Positions 57,067 to 64,000 of a DNA stretch of 64,000 nucleotides are shown piece by piece (the first letter of the stretch is position 1; every line of letters starts with the position of its first letter). The stretch lies in the sequence record PP496438.1; one strand, 5' to 3'. The translations under genes were made by a program, and so were the position numbers. The notes under the pieces are model-generated. The model was given only the letters and a program-made list of their open reading frames with translations. It had not been told where the DNA came from and did not search any database.

Positions 57067-57687
57067 ATGGGCTCTATTCTGTATACCCACCGTCAGATCG
57101 TCAACACCCCCAATCTCCGTAAAGAGGCTCGCGAAAGCAAGAACTTCAAGGAGTACAGCAAGACCGTTGCGAAGAAGTCCAAGCGACTGCCGATCCCGGT
57201 CCTGTACGTAGACGGAACTCCGACCACCGAACAGATCAGCCGCTTGCTGAATGACCGCTTGATATTTCTGGTATGCCTGTTCCCGCCGAACGCCAGCATC
57301 GAGAAGCTTACCGAGCTGTCCAAGGTGTTCAGCAGCCAGCCGTGGTATCTGAACATCAACAAGATCAAGGTGTATCAGCTGGACGGCTGCATGGTGACCC
57401 GTACCAACCAGACCACCAAGGAAACCACCGAGGTGTTCGACTTCCGTACTGCGCAGATGTACGCCGTGCAAGAGATCGACAAACTGCTCAACACGCAGGA
57501 AGGTCAGATTATGGCGGCAGCTCAATGCCGTATCGTACCAGAAGGCCAGCCGGACACGTGGAAGACCGGGGCTAAGGGTTTTACTACCAGCCTTCAAGGT
57601 GTGCCTGCTGATCAGCAAACCAGCCTGGGCATCGGGGGGAAGTCGGCGGCTGAGATCATGGCCGGGCAGAAGGAGGAAGGGGAATGA
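57067..57687 (+). CDS. Hypothetical protein
   Basis: AAGGA SD; upstream GTAAATAG. Confidence 0.65.
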   Translation: MGSILYTHRQIVNTPNLRKEARESKNFKEYSKTVAKKSKRLPIPVLYVDGTPTTEQISRLLNDRLIFLVCLFPPNASIEKLTELSKVFSSQPWYLNINKIKVYQLDGCMVTRTNQTTKETTEVFDFRTAQMYAVQEIDKLLNTQEGQIMAAAQCRIVPEGQPDTWKTGAKGFTTSLQGVPADQQTSLGIGGKSAAEIMAGQKEEGE

Positions 57688-58079
57688 GCCTGAGTTACCG
57701 TCCCGGCATTACCCAAGCGCTCAACCTGCTGGATACGTACCCGGCGGACCGTGACCCACTGGAGGTACTGACCGAGTACCGCGAGATGTTGGTCAAGGAA
57801 CTGGACGACAACCTGCCGACCCTGAAAGAGGTACAGGAATGGATGACGTTAGCTTTGTATAAGAGCAAGGGTGTATTCCATCCAGAGCAATTTCGCATCC
57901 GTGCGCTCGAAGAGCTGAATATGGTTTTGGAATACGACCTTGAAAAGGTTACCACTGATTTCAAGATCGCCTTGGTAAATAAACGGCGTAGGGTATGGTT
58001 GACCTTGAGTCCTATGGCTGTTCCTCCGCCTGACATCAAGTTCCAGCTTTATATCTCAGCTATCAATGTAGAGGAATGA
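57684..58079 (+). CDS. Hypothetical protein
   Basis: ATGA overlap. Confidence 0.6.
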   Translation: MSLSYRPGITQALNLLDTYPADRDPLEVLTEYREMLVKELDDNLPTLKEVQEWMTLALYKSKGVFHPEQFRIRALEELNMVLEYDLEKVTTDFKIALVNKRRRVWLTLSPMAVPPPDIKFQLYISAINVEE

Positions 58080-59023
58080 CCATGGCCTTAGCAGCCAAGA
58101 AAAAGATCCGCCTGAAACGGCGGGATCGGGACAAGGCGGAGCAGCCACAGGTCGAGTCCACTAAGGCCTCGGTGCGCAACATAGTTGGCATCTGCAACCA
58201 CAACCCGTATCAGGTAGGCCAGTTGTTGCCCAGTGAGCCTGCGGTTATGGGAATGGACGGGAAGATCACGGGTGCACGTCGCGCCCAATACCTGTTCGTG
58301 CCCTATGTCGCCACTCTACTCCAGTTCCGGGATGTGGTGCTGGCGTTCAAAGGCACCGTGATCGTCTTCGATGATCCGGTCAAGCTGGACCACGTGCTTC
58401 AGATTGGTAACGTGCTGGACATCGTTACCAAGAATCACAGCTATCAGTACACCTTCGGGCCATTGACCTCTGCCAAGTTGGTAGCCGCAGATGAGCCCCG
58501 GCGCCCAATTATGATCGATCAGGAACGGGTCAACGTTCTACCGAACATGATCAACGCCGTGCAGGGCAGTATTGCGCAAGTGATCATGGAAGCCACGCAG
58601 AGCCTGATCCCGACCGTCAAGTCGGATGTGCTCAAGACCATCTTCTCGTGGATCAGCGAGTCCGACTTGACCCCGGATCTGCTGTTGCAGGAACTGGAAA
58701 GGTTGAACGTGGAGGATCCTGAGGTTATGATGGCGCCGTTGCTGGCGTTCCTTGGCACCGAGCAGGGTCAGAAGACATGCAAAGCTTTCGCGATGGTGGC
58801 GGAGTACAAGACCAAAGGGAAAAGCGTTCCGTATCCGAAGATCGAAAAGGCGACCGGTGTTCCGTCATTCGATCTGCAGTTCGCCATTCGCTACATCCGC
58901 CGGACAACCTCAGTGCGTCGGCCCGGTATGACGTTGAGTCAGATCCATGCGGCGCGTAAACTCAAATCCAACAATGATATTCTGGGCGGGATTGATGATC
59001 CCGAGGACGAAGAAGATGTTTGA
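58076..59023 (+). CDS. Hypothetical protein
   Basis: GAGGA SD; operonic. Confidence 0.65.
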   Translation: MTMALAAKKKIRLKRRDRDKAEQPQVESTKASVRNIVGICNHNPYQVGQLLPSEPAVMGMDGKITGARRAQYLFVPYVATLLQFRDVVLAFKGTVIVFDDPVKLDHVLQIGNVLDIVTKNHSYQYTFGPLTSAKLVAADEPRRPIMIDQERVNVLPNMINAVQGSIAQVIMEATQSLIPTVKSDVLKTIFSWISESDLTPDLLLQELERLNVEDPEVMMAPLLAFLGTEQGQKTCKAFAMVAEYKTKGKSVPYPKIEKATGVPSFDLQFAIRYIRRTTSVRRPGMTLSQIHAARKLKSNNDILGGIDDPEDEEDV

Positions 59024-59930
59024 GACAATTATGCGAGGGGGCTTAGCCTCCTTCATCTACATCGCGATTATCATCGTGGTTATCGTCTGGGTGGTCAATT
59101 CTATCTACCGACAGAAAAAGATTGCCCAGATCAGGCAGCACGAACGGCAAGTCAAACAGACGGAGCAGGACCGCAAGGACGTAATCTCCGACGCTGAAGA
59201 CGCACGTCCCATCGAATACGTGACAGAGGACACGGGCATGTCGGTGCCCAACTTCTTCCTGTCCAAGTTCATCGAAGAGCTGGCGCTAGTGACCAGTGCG
59301 TCGGTGCGTAGGCTCAGCCCAGTGGCCGGTGCAGAAAGTCTGGAGGACTTGCGAGTTGAGTTCTCCCGGCTGCAAGCGTTGCTCCACCTTCAGTTCGAGC
59401 AAGTCGTTGGTCCCGTTCTTGAAGAAGAGATGAGTGCTACGTACCGCCGGGTTGAAGCAGAATTGGCTGATGCCAAGGCTAAAGGCATGGTGCGGGGTGA
59501 ACGGGAGTTCGGTAGTCTGCCGCACACGCAACCGCCGCGTGAGTACCGCACCTACACCAATGAACGCCTGGGTATCCGCGTGCACAGCACCATGTCGGAC
59601 ATCGAGATTGCGGAAGCAGTAAAGTGGTCGGAAGGATTGGTAATCTCGCCTGCTTCGGAAGCTGACAAGGTGGATAAGTTCCGTGAACTCTTGCAGCAGG
59701 GTCAGGTCAACGAAGTAAAGGTTGAACTGATCAAGCCGGTGGACCCACAGATTTATCGGCATCGGTTCGAAGGCTTGAACGTGACCACCACGTTGTCCCG
59801 TGAAGATACGGCTGCTGTGGTGACCCCTTACCTGAGCATGCCGTTCACCGATCGGATTTTGTTCGAGATCGAGTTCATTCTCAAGCAGAAGACCACTGAC
59901 GCAGTAATCGTCGATACAGACGAGTCGTAA
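59016..59930 (+). CDS. Membrane-anchored protein with N-terminal TM segment
   Basis: FIYIAIIIVVIVWVV; GAGGA SD. Confidence 0.65.
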   Translation: MFETIMRGGLASFIYIAIIIVVIVWVVNSIYRQKKIAQIRQHERQVKQTEQDRKDVISDAEDARPIEYVTEDTGMSVPNFFLSKFIEELALVTSASVRRLSPVAGAESLEDLRVEFSRLQALLHLQFEQVVGPVLEEEMSATYRRVEAELADAKAKGMVRGEREFGSLPHTQPPREYRTYTNERLGIRVHSTMSDIEIAEAVKWSEGLVISPASEADKVDKFRELLQQGQVNEVKVELIKPVDPQIYRHRFEGLNVTTTLSREDTAAVVTPYLSMPFTDRILFEIEFILKQKTTDAVIVDTDES

Positions 59931-59935
59931 CAATC

Positions 59936-59964
59936 AGGGTGTTCCTTTCTGGGACACCCTTTTT
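59936..59964 (+). terminator. Rho-independent terminator
   Basis: AGGGTGTTCC TTTCT GGGACACCCT TTTT. Confidence 0.8.
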
Positions 59965-59979
59965 CATTTGGAGATCGTA

Positions 59980-60216
59980 ATGGCTAAAGCAACCTGCTAC
60001 GGAATCTGCCCACAATGCGGCAGCGACGTCACCAAGGTGAACTTCCGCGAGGATACCATGACCTGTTTGGGTGGGCACCAGTGCACCTTCGAACGTATGA
60101 TCAGTCTGACTGGCGTTGTAGAAGAACCACCTACGGAGGAGCTGATCAAGTTGGCCCGTGAGGCCTACATGTTGCAACCACTCTCTCACTATGAACGGGG
60201 TCATCGTCGGGATTGA
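59980..60216 (+). CDS. Small Zn-ribbon-like protein
   Basis: CPQC..CLGGH; GGAG SD. Confidence 0.6.
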   Translation: MAKATCYGICPQCGSDVTKVNFREDTMTCLGGHQCTFERMISLTGVVEEPPTEELIKLAREAYMLQPLSHYERGHRRD

Positions 60217-60241
60217 CAGCTCTGGTAAATGATGTCATACT
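60213..60241 (+). promoter_or_regulatory. Sigma70-type promoter with GGTAAATGA in its spacer
   Basis: TTGACA-N17-CATACT with TG extension. Confidence 0.65.
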
Positions 60242-60278
60242 AGTGGCAAAGCCACGTACTGCGCGGGAGCAGTGAGCC

Positions 60279-60677
60279 ATGAGTAAGCAACGCACCACCA
60301 AGAAGCAACGTGAAGAACAGCAGGCACGACAGCGGGAGGAAGCCCGCCTGAAGAAGGAACGGGATCACGCATTCCGTCCTCTCTTCGGGACCGGTGGCTC
60401 CGGGCGCAAGACGCCAAACCGGGTGCCGACGCTGGAGACTCCAGTGTATGCTAAAGACAGCAAGCACGTACCTTCGCTGATCACGGCCAAGCCGTTCAAC
60501 AATCAGGTGCCAGTCCAGTACGACGAAGAGATGTCGGTACGGGAAGCTGCTGCGCAAGTAGAGATTGCGCAGAAACGCAAGCGTGTCGCGGTCGTCTGCC
60601 ACAAGTCCGGCTATCAGTACGTCGGTGAAGCGGAAGATCCGAAAACGTTCGGCAAGAAATCTCAAGCACTGGAGTAA
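60279..60677 (+). CDS. Basic hypothetical protein
   Basis: GGAG SD. Confidence 0.65.
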   Translation: MSKQRTTKKQREEQQARQREEARLKKERDHAFRPLFGTGGSGRKTPNRVPTLETPVYAKDSKHVPSLITAKPFNNQVPVQYDEEMSVREAAAQVEIAQKRKRVAVVCHKSGYQYVGEAEDPKTFGKKSQALE

Positions 60678-60681
60678 GACA

Positions 60682-60840
60682 ATGGACAGTGAAGACAGGC
60701 CACCGTGCCCTAACGGCGAGTGCCAGCACAAGACTTACGAACCGCATACCTGTCCGTACAAGGACAGTGTGAATGACGATACAGAGTCCATGTGCCACTG
60801 CTGTGAGAACTGCAAACAACAATGTAGGGATGACGTCTGA
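60682..60840 (+). CDS. 52-aa Cys/His-rich protein
   Basis: GGAG SD; CPNGEC..HTCPY..CHCCENCKQQC. Confidence 0.65.
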   Translation: MDSEDRPPCPNGECQHKTYEPHTCPYKDSVNDDTESMCHCCENCKQQCRDDV

Positions 60841-61256
60841 TGATAGAAGTTCTTATGTGGGTCGTGGGGATAGTCGCAGCATTCTGCGCGTTCCCTTTCG
60901 TGTTCATCTGGACCCACGACCTACTTGTCAAGCCCACAACGAACAACAGAACCATCGACGGAGGGCATAGCTGTCCGTACGCGAACATGACGGATGAAGA
61001 GCTATACGACTTCGAAGCAGATTCCTTTCATGGTATCAAGCCAGAGAATCGTACATGGCCGACACTGGCAGCTTTTCTGATGTACCAAGACCGTAAGTCT
61101 GCATCGAAGGAACTAGCAGTAGCGACGGAACCGCTAGAAGGTGAATTGCTTTATCCCGAGATGGAAGTCAGTGAGAACACTGCGGTTATCGCTAATGATG
61201 CCTGGCTAGCTACCAAAGGAATATATCGGGACCGAGATCCCAAGTGGCCCCACTAA
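60840..61256 (+). CDS. Membrane-anchored hypothetical protein
   Basis: N-terminal TM segment; TGATG overlap. Confidence 0.6.
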   Translation: MIEVLMWVVGIVAAFCAFPFVFIWTHDLLVKPTTNNRTIDGGHSCPYANMTDEELYDFEADSFHGIKPENRTWPTLAAFLMYQDRKSASKELAVATEPLEGELLYPEMEVSENTAVIANDAWLATKGIYRDRDPKWPH

Positions 61257-61288
61257 TCCTCTACACGCTGTCCTGATAGGAGATCCAC

Positions 61289-61765
61289 GTGAACAATATT
61301 GATGCCGACATGCGGCTGGCCCACGAACTGGCCGAGGTAGTAGCGTCAGTCCACTCCAGCTGCGAAAGGGTAGTTGTCTTGATCCCTGACAACTACAGCT
61401 ATCTGGGTAAGTCCCACGTACTGCTGGAAACGATGGACAGGCTACGGAACGCGGGTATCGTGGTAGACGTTGTTAGCCCGCAGGATATCTGTAATCTGGA
61501 GGGAGTGGAAGCCCACCCATTGGATGGTGTTCACCTTCCGATGGACTTCTCAGCCCTAGAAGAACGGGTAGGGCGGTCTATATTCTTCGACTCCTTTCAG
61601 GACTTGTCGGGTACGGATACCGGTTCAGACAGGGCTAAGTACAGGCTCACGCCGACAGCCCGCATCACACCGCACCCGTTGAAAGCTCTGGACTACATCC
61701 AGAAGGGCAGCGGCAGACTCTCCAAGGGCATGAAACTCATGCTGAAAAAGCAAAGGGGTTGGTAA
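61289..61765 (+). CDS. Hypothetical protein
   Basis: AGGAG SD, GTG start. Confidence 0.6.
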   Translation: MNNIDADMRLAHELAEVVASVHSSCERVVVLIPDNYSYLGKSHVLLETMDRLRNAGIVVDVVSPQDICNLEGVEAHPLDGVHLPMDFSALEERVGRSIFFDSFQDLSGTDTGSDRAKYRLTPTARITPHPLKALDYIQKGSGRLSKGMKLMLKKQRGW

Positions 61766-61766
61766 C

Positions 61767-62399
61767 ATGATCATCAATACTGCGAAGAAGATACTGGAGC
61801 AAGTGGCTCCGCCTGCTGTGTGTAAACTCACGCTGTCAGACCGTACCGACATCGGCTGCTTCCTCCTGCATGATCTAGGTAAGGACAATTCCAACCACGA
61901 CATGATCATTGGCGGAATGTTCAACCAAGAACTGTGTCTGGCGTTCTACATGTTATTGAACTCAGACGTTGCTACTTCACTGGAGCAGGCTGTCAGTGAG
62001 GACGTGATCAAAGAACTCAATGCCATGAAGGCGTACATTTATCACAAGAAAGGGTTGATCGGTGGGCGACTCCCAGAACCCACATTGCTGTTGCGAGCGA
62101 TAACCGGTGACTTGATCTCGAATGCCGTGCGTGACCCATTCTTCAGTGGCAGTCGGTTTGATCAGACGTGCAGCGATACCCGACTACGGTTCAATGCCCA
62201 GCATGCCAAGGCACCGGAAGGTTCAGTGAAAGAGCTGGCTGCGAAGTACGGGGTGTCGATCAGTGAGGTGCGCCGGTTGAAAGCTGCGGGCCAACTGCAT
62301 ACCCTCGGCCAGTCAGCCGAACCACAACCAGACAATGTGGCTGCCGATGAACAAAAGGTAGCCCAAACTAAAGCCCTGCTTGAGAGCTTATTGCCATGA
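61767..62399 (+). CDS. Protein with C-terminal HTH-like motif
   Basis: SVKELAAKYGVSISEVRRL. Confidence 0.55.
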   Translation: MIINTAKKILEQVAPPAVCKLTLSDRTDIGCFLLHDLGKDNSNHDMIIGGMFNQELCLAFYMLLNSDVATSLEQAVSEDVIKELNAMKAYIYHKKGLIGGRLPEPTLLLRAITGDLISNAVRDPFFSGSRFDQTCSDTRLRFNAQHAKAPEGSVKELAAKYGVSISEVRRLKAAGQLHTLGQSAEPQPDNVAADEQKVAQTKALLESLLP

Positions 62400-63415
62400 C
62401 AGATGCAACGTTGGACACGTACGGTGACCTGCTGGTCGAAAACGCCACCAAGATCGTTGCTGATTTCTTGGAGAACGTGATCACTCCGGTTACACTGGCG
62501 TTGGAGAAAGACTACCCGGCCAAGTTCAAAATCCTCAAGACCCGGCTGGCTCAAATGGCGGGCAGCGCAATGAGCCTCCCCGTAGCCGTTGTGGCAATGC
62601 GTAACCTTCCGTTCTACGTGTTGCTGAGTTCACCGCGTCAGGTAAGTCACATCATCACTCTTGCCAAAGCCATGATGCCCGAAGGATTGCCGTTGAAGGC
62701 TCTCGGGGCCAAGTACCACGAAGACGTTATTACCGCTTTGACTAGGGTACTGGTTGAACGTGGTGTAGGTGATATGTTTCTCGGCAATCGAATAGCTGAT
62801 CTGCCCAAGTCGCCGGTAACGGAAACCGAGCGAAAGGAAGATCCATTCGCCAACGTAGATCACGACTCCGATCACGTGCACGAATTGAGCGAGATGCTGT
62901 CCCCGGCGGGCGCCCCGTGGTATATCTCTAACGACCGGATCAAAGCCGACCGTAAGGACGCAGGCGGTGCGATGGACGCCGCTATGGTGATGGTTAGCGA
63001 GCGCCACGCCAAACGCCACCTGGTCGAGCTGGTGAACGCTGCGCTGCTATTCAAGCCGCCGGTCAAACATCCGTACCCTATCTCGGAGTATTCAGCCGAG
63101 GATTGGTGGGTAAAAGAGATTGAGGGGATTGCGTCTTCACTGGTGCCGCTTACTTCAGATCAATACCGCGCCATCCACATTGCCCGTAACTTCGCCCGTC
63201 TGGTGTTCGACACAATCGAGGCACCGAGCGAAGACGATGTGGTGTATCAGTACCGTTCGCGATGGAAAGCGGAAGACTCTTGGAGCGAATGGCATACCAC
63301 GACGAAGGCTAGCTTCGACACTATTAAGGTCACGTGGGGTCACATGACTGACCGTTACGAGTTCCGTCTTTTGCGAGTTATCCCGGAGGTGTCAGATGTA
63401 CCGCAGCGCAGTTAA
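62396..63415 (+). CDS. Hypothetical multidomain protein
   Basis: ATGA overlap. Confidence 0.6.
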   Translation: MTDATLDTYGDLLVENATKIVADFLENVITPVTLALEKDYPAKFKILKTRLAQMAGSAMSLPVAVVAMRNLPFYVLLSSPRQVSHIITLAKAMMPEGLPLKALGAKYHEDVITALTRVLVERGVGDMFLGNRIADLPKSPVTETERKEDPFANVDHDSDHVHELSEMLSPAGAPWYISNDRIKADRKDAGGAMDAAMVMVSERHAKRHLVELVNAALLFKPPVKHPYPISEYSAEDWWVKEIEGIASSLVPLTSDQYRAIHIARNFARLVFDTIEAPSEDDVVYQYRSRWKAEDSWSEWHTTTKASFDTIKVTWGHMTDRYEFRLLRVIPEVSDVPQRS

Positions 63416-63566
63416 GTATAAAGACCACGGGTATCTTGCGCCGGGTAGCCGTGCGTTCGAACTCTACCACGACAAGTCCGACAAAGGTCACAAGTTGCTG
63501 GATCAGCACATGGCCGAGGTGGATGCCGCGTGGCGCAAACTGGAGGGGCGCAAGAATGGAAAGTAA
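63396..63566 (+). CDS. 56-aa hypothetical protein (absent from ORF track)
   Basis: GGAGGT SD; MYRSAVKY...KNGK. Confidence 0.6.
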   Translation: MYRSAVKYKDHGYLAPGSRAFELYHDKSDKGHKLLDQHMAEVDAAWRKLEGRKNGK

Positions 63567-64000
63567 ATGGGTACGGGTCAAGTCCAGCCTGCTCACTTCA
63601 TTGATGGTCATTCTGATTATATCAGGGTACTACATGTTCAAGGAAGGTCAGATCCGAAGCGAAAAGGTGATGCGATATGCTTCGATGGTGGACACTAGCG
63701 CAGACTCCACCCGGTCCAAGTCCAACTACTCGTACAACACGTCTGGTTACTTCCGCGACGAAGAGACCAACGCGTTCTTTCGCGATGACATCTCGGATAG
63801 GCTGTACCGGCAGTTCGAGGCTGGAGGCAACAAGCCTATTCGTATGAGCTGGCCCTACAGCATCGACAAGCGGGAAGAGACCAGCATCGGCTTCTTCTAT
63901 ATGATGGGTGGGGTGATGTTAGAGGCCATCGCGATACTCCTACTCATCCATCTGACCATGGTGGCGTGGGCCAAGCACGTACGGGAGCGCAAACCTGATG
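63556..64000 (+). CDS. Two-TM membrane protein, runs off window end
   Basis: GGAGG SD; open frame to 64000. Confidence 0.55.
   Translation, partial: MESKWVRVKSSLLTSLMVILIISGYYMFKEGQIRSEKVMRYASMVDTSADSTRSKSNYSYNTSGYFRDEETNAFFRDDISDRLYRQFEAGGNKPIRMSWPYSIDKREETSIGFFYMMGGVMLEAIAILLLIHLTMVAWAKHVRERKPD

Noticed and set aside
1-64000. tRNA, rRNA, CRISPR array, integrase or transposase
   Set aside because: No cloverleaf with T-loop/CCA, no regularly spaced repeat-spacer array and no recombinase motifs found by eye; a tRNAscan or CRISPR finder run would confirm

Overview
This 64 kb window is a tRNA-free, CRISPR-free segment of a large lytic (jumbo-type) tailed phage genome with dense, almost entirely + strand genes. 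It most likely infects a high-GC proteobacterium: the NrdA with two ATP cones, the NrdB and the GH19 lysin all resemble Pseudomonas-type proteins from memory. Layout: 1-12.8 kb head morphogenesis (terminase large subunit, portal, Lys-rich internal proteins, prohead protease, an AT-rich ADP-ribosyltransferase); 13-19.9 kb small early/exported genes, a lytic transglycosylase and a two-domain QueD-like enzyme; 20-27 kb RNR alpha, two betas and ThyA; 28-34.6 kb accessory and possible anti-defence genes; 35-48.8 kb SbcD, clamp loader, DHFR, HD nucleotidase, SbcC, NDT-like protein and dUTPase; 48.8-64 kb early hypotheticals, a MazG-like gene and an inverted GH19 endolysin pair. Strongest leads: (1) a metal-site-dead second RNR beta that keeps the alpha-binding C-terminal tail, resembling yeast Rnr4, followed by a missed 33-aa Cys4 peptide; (2) a Tudor/SH3-like module found 4 times in 3 head-region proteins, once fused to an ART; (3) several recurring intergenic elements: a GTAAATRR promoter-like motif, a palindrome over sigma70 -10 boxes, a conserved CTGTCCC..GAGG leader, GCAA hairpins, a 22-bp duplicated element and a candidate sRNA. 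All family assignments come from motif recognition by eye. No searches were run, and all counts are by hand.
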